Below are positions 24,637-38,414 of a DNA stretch of 64,000 nt, in pieces. The DNA comes from Rhodosorus marinus CCMP1338 (taxonomy: Eukaryota > Plantae > Rhodophyta). The translations under genes and the position numbers were made by a program. The DNA lies in contig JAMWBK010000010.1 in the NCBI GenBank assembly GCA_029953675.1, positions 1,426,001-1,490,000 of the forward strand, in the 5' to 3' direction. Below the pieces are notes generated by a model. The model made no database searches. It was not told the origin of the DNA and was given only the letters and a program-made list of their open reading frames with translations. How positions within the stretch are numbered: the stretch's first letter is position 1; each line of letters opens with the position of its first letter.

Positions 24637-24832
24637 TCTTCGCCTTTCTACAATCTTCGTACTGTGTTCGATGTCCCTTTTCCTCGACATCGACAGGGGA
24701 AACCGCCCCCATGCGTCGTTGGTTACGGCAATCCTGGAGAAGAGGCTCTGAACGTTCAAGGCAGACAAGGGATTGTCGATGTCAAGGAAAACGGACATAG
24801 AACACAGTACAAAGATTGTAGAAAGGCGAAGA
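24637..24832. repeat. Inverted repeat: 58-bp arms (54/58 matched) around an 80-nt loop
   Basis: 24637-24694 tcttcgcctttctacaatctt...cgacatcgac pairs with 24775-24832. The ORF track shows LRLSTIFVLCSMS on both strands. Confidence 0.92.
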
Positions 24833-25449
24833 GAGCAGCAGACCCCCTGAAGCAATCACTCCGACGCACAGAGAACCCGACACGAGGTTTGGGTAGTGGA
24901 ATCTGGTATTAATAATATTGGATTCTGGTTTCGACTGGTTTTTGATCTGCTACTTTGTTGTTGCATTTCTTCCAGTTTGCGCAGCGGGGTTTGGAATTGG
25001 GGTGATGAAGATGGGGGCTTGTTGTCTTGTCTGGTTTAGTATCTTGGTCTGCTTTCTTCAGTCTTGTAGTGATGATTTTAGTTATCAGAGTTCATTTTCC
25101 TCATGAGTTCCACGACTTGGTTAGTGGTTATTTGGTACTGCGCACCTGCTGGTGGACGATTAGGGCTCGTAGATGCACTCGCGCCCGGAAGCAGGACCCT
25201 TCAGAACAGCAATAATGGTATTGCGCTTCTGTAGCAGGTCGCCTGGATCAGAAAAGATTCCCACTTCCCTGGGATGGCGGGTCTTGCGCTGCGCAGTCTC
25301 ACTTCACGGTGTGTTTACCAAGGAATCAATTGGTTTTCAGCGTTGAGCGCTTAATTATAACGGATCAGTTGATTGTTTATCAAGTTAGTATTGGCATGCA
25401 ATGGGAAAAACGACGACGTGCCCTGGAGGGTCCCAGGTCCGTTCGCACC

Positions 25450-27003
25450 CTATACTTTCAGATGTCGAGCCTTCGGTTCCTGGACGAGTCCAACTGGTAC
25501 CAGCCACAGTAAAGAGTTTTTGCCCAAGATGTGCCTAAAGTTATTAATTATCCCGCGGTTGTAAGAAACGAAGTCCTGGCGAAGACCCAACCAGCCAGTG
25601 TGAGACATGTGTATCGACAGACCTGAGGAATGAACTACCTGTATGAAACAAGTGAAGGGCGGGTACATACCTTGCGTGCCGTTTCTTTCATGGATTCCAC
25701 TTGCGTCTTATTGAGCGCTGCGAGATAGAGGGTGTAGCTCATCAAGCCAAAAACTCCAACAAACGTAATGAAAGCAATCATCGACGAAAACGGTAGACTG
25801 ACGCTGAGAGCAACAATGGCATTACTGTGAAGCTGTTGACAGACAAGCAGAGCTTTCGTGTCAGTCGAGAAAGGGTGTATATATCCAATGCAACTATGTT
25901 CAATCGCTCTTGGGATTACCTTTGGTCCATGATGCATATGCGTAAAGAATCGGATGAAAATGAACGTGTAATACCCCGTTGACAACTCCACATATATTAA
26001 GAACAGGAGAAAAAACTTCATGTTCTTGTGCCCAACGCAGTTGCCTAGCCATGGGCAATGGTGGTCCATGCGAAGCACACACCTGGACAATGAGGTAGTT
26101 TTAGTGCTCTTTGTGTTCGCCACATGAAAGAGTTTGGGCTCACGGGCACGAGACAGTGCGAGCTACTCACCTATGGCAATAACTGCAATGATACACACGT
26201 GGGGGTTTGATGTCGTTACATCTTGTGCACCTCGGAACTTCCTCACTCGGTTGACTCTCTGAAATCATGGCCTGAAGAACGCTCTGGTTTTCAACGTCAT
26301 CTCCTTCATCCTCTCCCACCTCCGTATCCTCTGGATACTGCAAATCCGGTCTCATGCGCCTCTACGAAACATGTTCCACAAATCAAGAAGAGCCTCTCAG
26401 CTCCAGAGAGGTGCGCCCCGACACACAATCTGAAGTCTATTGCCTTACCCAGTCCCTCGCTCCTCCTGGGTCTGTCATGTGACCCCTGATATAACTTATG
26501 AGCGTCATCATTATGAAGAAACAGAACTGAAGACTATATTCTAAATTCGATTTTCTCACTGATCGAACCTCCGGTGAAACAGAAGACCAGCTCCCTTCTC
26601 CAATTGCGACGACTTTCCAGATTGGGCAACACAATCAAAAGAACGTGATTCTTCTCAGAAATTCGTACAAGTTTGCTCGAGAATGCCTCATGTAGTTCGT
26701 ACCTGTGACATTCCTTATCCTCACAGGCCACTTTTTTGGCTGATATGAAACCTTCCCATCTGGTCCTCTCACAGGGAGATGCTGAACTGGACGGCCTGTA
26801 CGAATTTCTACAGTTTTCGTTGGATGAGCAAGAGGATCCATGTACAACATGACGTTTGCCATCACCGCCGGAAACAGAATCAAGAACAACACAAATGCCA
26901 CATAACAAGCAGCCTCCTTCCGCAGCTCCGCCGCTGCTGTAGGAGCCGTCGTACAACACCAACAAACTCCGCACTCATCCTCGTCGAAGCATTCACAACA
27001 CAT
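25450..27003 (-). CDS. DHHC-type protein S-palmitoyltransferase, multi-exon
   Basis: MTDPG, CTRCNDIKPPRVYHCSYC, CVLRMDHHCPWLGNCVGHKNMKFF, NKTQVE and YNRG..NN...ILG, with flanking hydrophobic segments. Confidence 0.93.
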
Positions 27004-28168
27004 GCTTCCCTACGCTTACTCGCAAGTAACAACCCTCTCCAAACCATACAGAGCACCAACCGCAAAACGCACTCACACAGAAAAATCGTCGCTCACCTTA
27101 CTCACATCCTCATATCTCATGGGCCACTACGTCACAGGAATATTGCTTGCTTCTTCCACACGTCTACAGTTCCTTATCAGCATTTGTCCTCAGATGGGAT
27201 TCTCCATACCAACCCTGTCGACACCTGCTTGACTACTAGCCCCACCCTCACGTTTCGTCTTCAACTTGCGAATTCCGCCATCGACAAATACTTCCCACCC
27301 TGAACAACAGGCGAAATTCTTATTTTATAAAAGAAAATAAGATGGACAGCTGTCCGTTAACTGCTTTTTTGAAGCTGGGGATGTGGATCAGTCTATTTGG
27401 GAGGGGGGACTGGTTTGGATGGCATCGACAGGTCTCTTTTGACGATTTCGGCCATGGGACGACTGAAATTTTATAGTGAAAAAATGATCATACAGCCACA
27501 TTCTCCGGATCTAATACTGTTGAATCCATATCTTTTGTCACCTGAGTTGTTGATAAACGTGAGAGATAGTCGAACAGGCTTGACCAGCTTTCCCCCGAAC
27601 CGCCATAGTCGAAGCTAGTCCAACTCATTAGTGGACAGGATAGTTCAAAATAATTGCGAAGAATTTCTACGGGCTCAGAGTCGTAAGGGTGAACATCCCT
27701 ACAAGTGATCCGCTGAAAACAGTTTGGCTAACCTCCTCGAAGTTCCAACAATGGCTTTGCTGAATTCAAGTATTTGTATAAAATGAACGGGGATGTAAGC
27801 GTGTGTGTGGAAGGTGATTGGGCTGAAAGCTGAGTGAAGCGGAGGCCTAATTCTTCTTCTTCTCTCCCTCTTTCTTTTTCGTTCGTGTGGGGGTGATTAG
27901 TTGAGTGAAGCCTTAAATAGTAGTTTTTACATGCGTTCCTGTCCTGGCAGTGACGGATAAGAATCGTTTCCCAGTGTCCGTCACCTGGAAAAGCGGTTTC
28001 TGAGACAGTCTGCGGCGACTACACAACTGGGTTCGTGGGCAGATTGTCAACCTCCCATTTGGGCCTATCTCTTCTGGGTTTTGTTCATCTCATCGAGACG
28101 ATTTGCAATCCGCGAACGAATGCTGCCCTGTCTTCTCGGTCTGTTAGTTTTTCCGGTAGGGTTATTCC

Positions 28169-31100
28169 TCAAATCGGGCCTTCGTATCCCGGGGGGGGGT
28201 AATGGTTGTGAACTCCCTCTCTGTGCGCTTGAGCCTGAGCAAGGTTGAAACGCGGCAAAACAAAATTAGTAAAACAAATTCGGGACACTGGCTTGGGCTT
28301 GGCATAGATCCTTGCGCGCGCACCGATAATTCTTCTGTTTGCGGGATAAGCTCTGGTTTTTGCGACTAGATTTGACCTGGAGGTGTGTCGGCTATTGCCC
28401 GGTAAAAGTCGTGCTGCATCCGAAAGCTTTTGAGCGCTGTCCCTAGCAGGCCCTGGCCGATTTACTGCCGGAGCGTTTTCTAGTCGACTCATCCGCCCCG
28501 TTGCATTATGTTGGTCAAGGTGCATCCCTACAGCTGGCTTCACTGAACGACGAACTTTTGCTGGAAATTCCACCGTCCCAGCTTGTGGAAAAGCGCGGAG
28601 TAGTCGCGGATCGTCTCGACCTGGTCCTTGCACTACCGGAGAGTTGTGTGGAACATTTCCCCGAACTTCGGAATGCAGGCTGCTAACTTGCCCACGAATC
28701 TCTCCATGCGATGATGGATAAAGCTCTCCTTCGAGCTTTCTCTTCTTGGGTTTTGCAGAACCTACGGGAAAGTGTGTATTATGCGTGGTTGACCCTGCCT
28801 TGGTCACTGCCTGACCGTTGGGCGAGCGGTTCATTCGCAAACTCGGACCGGCTCGGCTCAAAGTCGTGCGAACACCAGCATGGGCTGAATGACCGCTTGC
28901 TAGGTTTTCGCCTTGTTGGCGACGCTTGGGGGGTGGACCTTGACCATCTTGGACAAGCGGACTTCTCTGCCCTACGGCTCCGTCCACCTCCAAACTCAGA
29001 TCATTCCTCGCAAAACTTGGCGCACGAGTGATATCCTCGGCCATGGGAGCCTTTTGCGTTTGCCGAGCCTGCCCTCCTCGCTCGTCAGCAAACGTCTTCG
29101 AAAGGAAAAAGCCCGAGGCATCTGGACTTTTTCCCGCCGGGATCGAATGTTGGTCCTCTCGGCGGACAGTATCGAGCTGCTTCAACCTCTCCGAGGCCGT
29201 GTCACTTTCGCTCTCCAACTCTGCTCTGTATGCTTGACTGGGATTTCCTTCAAGGCTGGAACTAGGGTTGGCTTCCAAAGTCTCGCTAGCTCCCTTGCTC
29301 TCAGCCTGCCCCCCTCGTTTCGTCCTAGTAGAGTCTCGAGGATTTCTCGAGACTCCGGCTAGTCGGGAATCCTTCGCGTGGTTGGCTTCCGAATCTCGCG
29401 TGCGAAGTACACCTCCCCCATCTTCTGTATTCTTCTCGTCACGGTTTTGAACTGGCCGCTGGTCCTCACTGTGGCGGTTACCGTGCCCCTTGGTTGCATG
29501 CACCGATCCTACATCAGACTTATCATGTGGGTTCTCCAACCTGCCTATGAGTGGTTGGCCGCCTTTCCGCTCGTTTCTAGTTCCCTGGTTCTCGTCCAGA
29601 GTCTTGTTGTAAGCTCCAGACCTGGCGTATCCGGCTCGTTGGTTTCCAGCAGTGTTCTGTGAGTTGACAACGGCTTCGGGTCTCGACTGAGAATCCTTGC
29701 GGTGTTTCCCGGGTAGCTGCAATCGATGCTCACCGGGTTCGATGTTCACAGCACCTCGAACATCTGCTCCTTCCGGGGAAATCTTCCGTAGGGCAGCGGG
29801 CTCATCTGGACACGAGTTGAAAATAGAAGCAGTTGAGATCCCCTTCTCCACAGCATACCTCGGCAGAGGCTGGAAATTATCTCTGGCACGGAAGCTGAGC
29901 AAAGTATCAACGGACCTTTCCCTGACAAATTGGGCAGGGGGGCTGCTGCTTCGTGGTAAGAATTGGTCCTTTGTTCACTTTTCCATCTACCCCTGGCGTC
30001 CACTTGTGAAAGCAGTGAGTTTTCTTCACAGAACTGAATCATCCGCGACCAAGAAGGCGAGCTGCGTTGTAACAGCTTCGCGTCCCCAATCGTGATGAGG
30101 GAATACTTTGCCCTAAAAGATGAAGCGCAGGTCGTTAATCCCTAGGTTTAGGAAACGCACCCGAGACCTGTAGAATGACGGTCGAAGCCGCGAAACTCTT
30201 ACCGCGTAATAGCTACGTTCATTCTTCGCAAATCCTTGAGAAAACCGATGGAGCTAGTGTCATTGATTGAGCCACTTCGCACAGTGGATAGCAGCACAAT
30301 ATCTTTTTCTCGCCCCTGAATCCCGTCGATTGTGTTCACCTCAATCTTCATCGTTGAGAGCAATCGGTCACGACCTATAGTTTGATGAAGTTCCCGCACT
30401 TGAACCTTGTATGGTGAAAGTATGGCTATCTTGTCGGTGAAGTCTTCGTCACGAAACTTTGTGATCAAGTCTTTCAGAATTGAAACGCAAAGCGATTGCT
30501 CAAATCTGTTCTTCACAGATCCATTGTAACTCCTCTCCTCTTTCCCACAACCCGACGTATCCACAAAGGTTAAAGGCCCGAAACGATTGTTACATTTCGT
30601 ATGAAATACTTTGGTGTATTCCTACTGGTTCAGCACGCGAAGATATTTTCACACACTGTCAATGCTTTGCCTGATCTCCATACGCTAGCGCACAAAAAGA
30701 GTTGCCTGCTGTGTCGCACCTTTTGCCGAACATTCTCAGCGTCCATTAGCTTGCCTGCGTAAAACTCCTGCGAAGGAAACTTACTGATGAGCGGATGCAT
30801 CCTGTACTGCACCGCGAGCATGAGCTCGGAAGAACCCTTCTTCAAGGCACCATCGTTGAGGCGCTCAAAAAGGCTCTTCGAAAACACCTTGCGCACGGCC
30901 GGCACGTTCGAAAATACAGTAGCTGGGAGTTGGCGAGGGTCTCCGACCATGATACAATGGGGGGGCTTTCTTGGGCCCACTAAAGTTAGCGGAATAAGAA
31001 CCTCGGGTTCAACAGCTTGTGCAGCCTCGTCCAGAACCACACAATCAAAAACGCCACTTGACCTGCGCAGGAAGTCATGACCTGCGGAATTCAGGGTTGT

Positions 31101-34100
31101 AAACACAAGGGTCGCCGACGAAACAATATTATCAATTGCATCCCGCACGTTGACAGCAGAACGTTCACGCTGGGATTGCAGCTGAGTGTTCTGTTCACGT
31201 AGCTCTTTCAGGACGGCGTTCTTTTCTGCATGGAGTCTCGTAAGCTCCCGTGTCAGTCTCTCGTCCTGAGCGAGGAACTTTTCGGTCACGTTAGCCTCCG
31301 TGATGCGCCAGGCGTCTCTCTCCGCACTGGACTCAACATCGACAACAACCTCTGAACTCTCCCGTTGCCCTTCGCCATTTACTTGCGGGCCTTGTTCGCT
31401 AGTGGATGACTGCTTCCTCGACTTCCTCCAGTCGTTCCGCTTCTTGTCTGCTTCTGAAATTTGTGACTGCATGTGATCCAGTTCGCTCCTGACTCTATCC
31501 CGCGACGCAGTCAAGTCCTTGTCCGGTCGGCTATCCATCCCGTCCTGCCTGGAAAGCAAAAACGAAACCGATACTTTTTTGACGTCCTCGGACGTTGAAC
31601 CTCCACCAACCCTTACTAGGCTGGGGACGTAGAATCCATTCTCGGCTTCTGGGTGGGTGAGTCCTTTGCGCATCACCCTAACCAAGATTTCGTCTACAGC
31701 AGCATTCGATGGAGCACATACAAGCACGCGCATTTTCTTCCGACGCTCAGAAAACATGTGGTTCGACCCACCAACACTGTCTGCTAGAAGCACTGAGAGC
31801 AGAGATAGAACAGTTGTCGTTTTCCCAGTCCCAGGCGGCCCGTGGAGCAGGGTAAATCCGTTGGACGATGAGTTGCAGACGGTAGAAATCACAGCGGTCT
31901 TGACGGCGTCCAGCTGGGACTCGTTCAAAACCCTACCCGTAGCCAGGCTTCTACACATCTGCTGCATTGATCGCGGGATGGAGAAAAACTTTGAATCGAT
32001 GTCGTGGACTCCAAGCCTCTCCCTCGGGCTGAGAATGTTAGATGTAATCCTCGACCTGGCTTCGGAGACGTGCCAGATTGCCTCGTACTGTCGTTGGTAC
32101 GTAGCGAGCCCCTGAATAATTGCGACCTCTACCTTCAAGCCCGGAAATACGATGAGACCTTCCTTCTTCATCTGAACCAGGAAGTTCGTGGCAGCCCCGC
32201 TTCTAAAGTTGCCTGTATGCAAGACTAGCGCCAAGCCCTCCCAAGTAGCCTGCTCTTTCTTAATCCTCAGCAGAACAAGATCCCCAACGGCCGGCATCTC
32301 AGCTTCCTGTCCGGAGAGCATTGACTTTGTCTCGCTCAAGCTCGACGCAGGAGTCAGAGAGAACAAAAGCGACCGATCTTTGGTTTCTGGAGGATCCACG
32401 ACGCTCATTCTGACAAACGGATCATCCGTGGGCGAAGCACTCGCGTTCTTTTTCTTCTGCAAAAGCTCCATGTAGGCTTTGCTCAGGCCCGCCCTGATCT
32501 CTCCCAGCAGAAGAGGTTCCCAAAACATGGAATATTCGGCTGCCTTCGGGAATCGCTCTGGATAGCTCTCTCTTCTCTTAACTTCTTTAGATGCCAAGCC
32601 CAGCTCTTCATTCTGCAGATCAGACACTGACCACTGTAAAATTTGTCTACGGAAATCATCCAACGTACGCGTCTTTTCCCTCTTCACCTTTTGCTCAGCA
32701 GCAATTGCTTGGGCGTCGGGTTTCACGTTGTTGTCAAAGGTTCGGCGGAAGGCGATTTTGCCTGCTTCGTAGGCATTGTTCTGGTTCTCCAAATAGCTCC
32801 CTTCCATTGCCATCTTGCTGCCACGGTTATCCCTTATCCTCTGTCGCATCTCGAGCTTCATGCGTTCTATCTTCGTTGGGGGTCGCCTAGGATCTGCTGC
32901 ACCAACTCCAGTCCCGCTTCTTCCAACGATGCTGACGTGCATAGATGCAGCGCTCGGTGCCACTCCCGCTTTCGGTCCAACCCTCTCCGCGGTCTGCGGA
33001 AGCACTCTCTGCACGGCGTAGATTTTCTCTATCAAAGCAAACTGCTGAACGCTGATTCCATCGCCAAGCTCCATCACGAGATTCTGCGCTTCAGAGAAGC
33101 ATTCAGAATCTCCTGCGCCGTGAGTTTCATATAGTTCCGCCACTGTATTAGTCCATTCTCGTTGAACGGTTGGTAAACGGCCCCATCGAAGCAGGAGCTT
33201 GAACAAGATCGCGTGGAGTTCCTCGTTTTTCACAGGATCGAAAAGCGCCAGCTCCCACATCCTTCGCAGACCAAAAATTACCTTCGGTGCCACAAGTTGG
33301 AAACTGGAGAGCTCTTTTTGCTCCACCAATTCCTCCAAGATGCGCTCAATGCACGAAAACATGTCCTCTGTTGCCAGTGATTCACGCATTGCTAGCATCC
33401 AATCAGCATCGTGCTGAGCCGTAGATGAAATAAGAGGTATCCAATGGCAAATTGCTCGAATCATCAAGTGCGAATTACTGGTCGGAAGCAAGTTTGACTT
33501 TCGAATTGCCGACCCAACACTTCCCAAGAATGCTTCCCTATTTTCATCCTCGAACAGCCATTTCAATACGTCCGTATGGTCCTCGTCATGGTCCTTCTTT
33601 CGAAAGAGTGTTTTCACTAGCAAAAAGCTTTTCTGGCGCAAAGTGTTGTGAGAACAGAACAACACAGCGCCTAGATGCGGCGCTAGCACTTTCCTCAACT
33701 GTGGTCCTAGTTCTCTCATACGCAAGGAAATAGGAAGGCTTTGGTCAACCTTTGTCATGTAGAGCGAAAGTGACTCCTGTATCGAATTCAATCGTCCACG
33801 GGCGCGAATTTCTTCCTCTGTCGAAGTCACCAGATCTTTCGCATTCAGGAAGTGGACGCATTCCATGACTAAGAGGAATAATCTCATTTCGTCCACCAAA
33901 CTACGTCCGCTGAGACTTCCACGGTGGTGCAAGTTCGCAATGGAATCCCACAAGAAGCTATCCGATAAAAGCCTCCGCTCGGCACTTTCATCTGCACTCC
34001 GAAATGTTGGATCATCATCTCCAAGAAGGTATTCGCTACTAAGACCACTGCTCGTAATAAAAACATATTTTCGGGTTTTTAGCACCGGTGGATACCACCG

Positions 34101-35950
34101 AAATCACCTCCAGGATACAAGAAGAAACTACTGGTACTACTAGTTCCCACTTGCAGAATAGGAGAACATACCCTAGACTTCGCGGAAACGTTGACATACT
34201 ATTCACTGTTTCCAGCAGAACGGCTCTGCGGAAGACTCCAAGAGCCGCATCACTTTCCCCCTCACTACGCAGGATGGAAAGCAGTGTTCGTACCCAATCC
34301 ACACGACAGGACGGAATATCGGGCTTCAGGCAGTCATAACCTGAGGCTGCAACTTTCACCAAAAGCTTGCGAGCAGATACCGACTCTTTCCCGCCCAATG
34401 ATGCTGGATGTACGGTTACGAAGAAATCGTCAACAAAAAATTACTCTACACCCCCGCGATCGTGCCTGTCAAGTGGAAAGTCTACCTTGAGATGCGTACT
34501 CCGCCATATTACCGTAGAATAGACCCCCAGGGTCCGATATCTTGGAGAGCAAAGTCATTGCTGACTGGTACACTTCTCGAACCGTCTTGGTTTCAAACGC
34601 GATCAACGACTTCAAAATTGGCAGTACCAAGCTTGACAGGATCTCAAAGCCCCAGCTCAAGGTGTGAAACTTCTCATACCAGGACACAACAGTTGACATC
34701 ATCGTCTCTGGCGTAATTCCAACGGCTTCTATTAGCCAAAACTTGTATTCGAGTGTTGTGAGCACCTGGTTCAGAAGCTTGATAATGTTGCCCACAACCG
34801 CACTTATGCAAGCCAAGAAAAGCGGAATATATTGCGAGTCAGCTGAAGTCCATTGAAAATGGTGCAGCATGAAAAACTTGTCGAGTTGTAGTCTTCAAAA
34901 AAATCTCACCCGTTAAGTGGAGCCTCAAATAGCAAGCGCTCAACAAATCTTGGCTGCATAGTTAGAATATGTCCCAACGACTCCTCCATTTTGAACTGTG
35001 AGAAAAGGAACGCTAAGCCGTCCCAGAATTCCGGAGACGAAACACTTGCGATCCTGCTTTCAACAAAAAATGAAAGCTCTTAGCTCAACGGTGGCTGTTG
35101 AGACTCGTGTCCGAAAAACTCACCGTTCAAGAGGTGGATGTTGAGACCGGTCTTTCGCTACGCGGAACTCATCTAACTGAAAGACCACTTGCGAAAGAAA
35201 ACCGTCCATACTCTCTAGTTGGACTGGAGCGCTACTGAGAACTTCTCTCGCCCAGATTCGAGCTAATTCGTAGCGGGAAGATGCAACGGCCAGCATTCCT
35301 GCGCGCTCAAACGAGAATCGAACGAAGACACTACAGTCAGTTGGGGTACTCAGGCTCGAGGACAGCGATAATGCTCGTTAATCACCAATCGGTAGTACCC
35401 CATGTTCATCCGCAAGCTCTAATTGGGCACTTGCAGCTTCTATAATCGGGCCGTTTGAAAAGGATTCCTCAAATGCTTGCAAGAACTCGTCTGAGCAGCA
35501 CAGGTTGTAGTCTAGGAGCAACTCCAAGCTCGCATTTACTGCCTTCTTGTAGTGCAGGTCTCCCTTTGATCCCCGGTACTTCCATGCCAATTTGAATCGC
35601 CTCAAGTCGGCATTGTTCAAACGGCTGATCGCTGATGCAACCTGTTCGGGTCTTCCCGCTGTTGATTTCCATATGGCTTTTTCTTCTATATAGGACCTCG
35701 TGCATCGCTTGCATAGTCCAAGCTGTCTGCTAATTTCTTCCTTAAAGCTGTTCAGACGATAGTCCTGTTGCTGAATAATCATAATCATCGACCGCATAAC
35801 CCGGGGACTCGAGCACCACCACCCTGAGCCCTCGCCAGCGTTTCCATGCCTTGGAAGTCTATAAACAAACTGTGCAGCTGCCTCATAAAAGGACTCCGGG
35901 TCAGCTGCTTCAATTCTCCAAAGGTCTTCGGGAAGAGTCTGCACGTCCAT
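28169..35950 (-). CDS. SEN1: Senataxin/Sen1 SF1B RNA-DNA helicase, multi-exon, with a long low-complexity C-terminal tail
   Basis: SEN1_N-like [67 protein letters not shown] and RRMNVAITR. Confidence 0.93.
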
Positions 35951-36360
35951 TTTAAAGGGAAGACTCTGTAGATCCTGGACCTCGCACGTTGAATAAATAC
36001 CGCTATCTTCCGAAAGCTCTTCTACTCACAAGATTACCCTGAGCAGAAAAGCGAACACTGCAATACGAGTCGAGCTCACAAAGCCGCTCATCAGCAACCC
36101 TCAGTGGCTCCATCTTCAATATATTAGTTGACAATAAGCTGGACTCAAGTCCTGTTGAAAAATCCTCTTTGTCCTCGAGCTCACTCCCAACGGCTAGCCC
36201 GTACAAATCCTCCTGGCCCTGTTCATATTCACGCTAAACGCTTAGCGTATTTGATTTCTAGAAAGTCGTTTTCTAGCGCGTAAATGTCCTGTCTGGGGTA
36301 CCAGTGGCCAAGCAATACATCCTAGTTTGGCCAGAGAAAATCTTATCGTGGATGGGCTCG

Positions 36361-36374
36361 TTTTCCCGCGAAAA
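36361..36374. promoter_or_regulatory. Overlapping E2F-like sites upstream of SEN1
   Basis: ttttcccgcgaaaa contains TTTCCCGC and CGCGAAAA, about 410 bp upstream of the SEN1 ATG. Confidence 0.45.
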
Positions 36375-36786
36375 TATCAACAACGGGGTGTAACATTGGT
36401 ACTCTTATTTGGCCAGATTAATTCTGCAGGGGCAGAACGAACCACTTTGCGAGTTGCTTAGCAGAGGGAACATTTGGACAAGCAGTTCATTTGGCCTGAA
36501 AAATATGAAAACAAAACACTTTATTCTAGAATTCACTTGTGACGTACACCACTAGCCAGAGGACGATGTAAGTCCGTTGATCATTTCTATGTGAAGCATG
36601 GAGGTTTCGGGCCGGGAGGCCTGTGAAAGAATGGACGGAGTCACGAGTTTTTCCTAGTTCGTATAGTGTTTGTTAGGGTCATGGACTGACTGAGATCCCG
36701 AGCGCCTTGAGTGTTGTATACGGGCCATCCGCCTGAAAGGGTGACCAGCAGTATGCGATGTTCTCGGTGGCCTCGGGGTCTTCAAG

Positions 36787-37108
36787 GTGCTGAGGGCTGT
36801 GATCAGTTGCGTCTTGAGCTTTGCTTGTTACGCTATGTTTGGTTATACTTGTACTGCTGATCCTTCATCCGTACGAAAGGATTGGAGAATAAAGACTTTC
36901 TTTGATTTCTTCAATGAGCTGGAAAACGGTGTTGAAGTTGCGCATCAGTTTACTTCCCCTGAGATAAGAAAGAGGTCTGCTTATTGCATTCATATGGAGC
37001 TAACTATTTCTGCAGTTGCATAGACTCTCCACGCCCTTCTTCTTGCGGATTATGGACAGCAAGAAGAAGGGCGTTGCCTGGAGATGTCCCGCGGTGTACG
37101 AGTCTTGA
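36787..37108 (+). CDS. Possible small spliced hypothetical gene; start not located
   Basis: Coding-like stretch KDWRIKTFFDFFNELENGVEVAHQFTSPEIRKR can splice to LSTPFFLRIMDSKKKGVAWRCPAVYES* (TGA 37106-37108). No family recognised. Confidence 0.25.
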
Positions 37109-37114
37109 AAGGGG

Positions 37115-37830
37115 CTATTCATCCCTTATTTGTTCAACAAACTCAAGCGCATTGCTATCTATATCTCTGCAGAACACAGCTCGACGGCCGCTCTTGCTCA
37201 TCGTATAGACTACGCCATGACTTTCCAGTCGCTCGATCAGTGGATCAATGTTACTCACCTATCCAAAGGAGCAATAAGGTAGCAAAGTTGCGCTTCAGCA
37301 TCGTCCTGTAGTATTCACCTTTGAAAAAATCAGTAGTAGCTGGAAATTGCTGCTTACACCCATGGCGAGATGCTTGTCTCTACCTCCGTGGTCTGGTCTT
37401 CCCGTTTTCGGGTCAGGATTAGGTAACTCCATCAAGTGTATCTCTTGGGCTCCAGCCTGTACAAATGCTCCGCCAAAGGCAAGATTGGGTCTTCGCTCTG
37501 ACACGTCGATCATACCAAGAACTTCAGTGTAGAACTTGAGAGCCTTCTGGGTGTCCTCAACCAGCATCCCCGCATGGCTTATTCCCCAAAACTTCATTGG
37601 AGCAGTCGGGTTCTCCGCACATGATACTGGAAGAGATCGAGATCTGTTCACAGAGCTCTTCACGTAAGATAGGGAATACGAAACGCAGCAACTCGTTAAT
37701 CCATTGAAGCAGAATTACCAGAGACAAAAAAAAAACACGGAACAAGCTGCTGATTACACAGACGAGAAAGACTTACCTTTCTCCCCTGTTTCAATCGAAG
37801 ACCAGGTACAGAGCAAAATCCAGCCTCCAT
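37115..37830 (-). CDS. Glyoxalase/VOC-family metalloprotein, probably plastid-targeted, multi-exon
   Basis: ISHAGMLVED...FYTEVLG, QEIHLMELPNPDP..GRP.HGGRDKH, and SKSGRRAVFCRDIDSNALEF metal-ligand pattern (H, H, H, E). Confidence 0.88.
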
Positions 37831-38414
37831 GAATACAGATTACAAACGATCTCTCAATCCTAAATCCAAGAGTCAGCCTCACGCATCCCCTCTTCAGGTC
37901 CCAAGTCCACAACTAGATTCGAAGCCTTTCGACGCAAATCTTTACGACAAAAGAGTAACTAAGCTTAGGAACGAGAGAGATGACGAGTTAATGATTGATT
38001 TTAATATTTCAACCATTCAAGAATTCACACGCGTTTCTATTCAGTCAATAAATTTATATTTGACTGAATAATCTCGTTGGGACTGTTTTACTGCAATGGA
38101 ATTATTATTCGCAGCGTTTATGCCGAAGAATTGGGGAGCTGGGCTTTTCGGGATCGCGCACTGGGCAGTGAAGTAACGTCGTTCATGCATCTACATGATC
38201 AGTATCTGTACATTTTCGAGGCGGCTCCTGCAAATTGTATGATTCTTGGAAATTTCTGTGCTGCCTTCGGTGCTCGGCGCCTTGTTGATGAGAAGGGTTA
38301 AAAGTCTTCGTTTTGGTGTTCTGGGCCTTTGGCCTGTCACGAGTGACCTAGTTCTACAAATATGCTTCACTTACAGAAGCAAACGCGGTCCATTCCATTG
38401 TGCTCGGATTCTAC

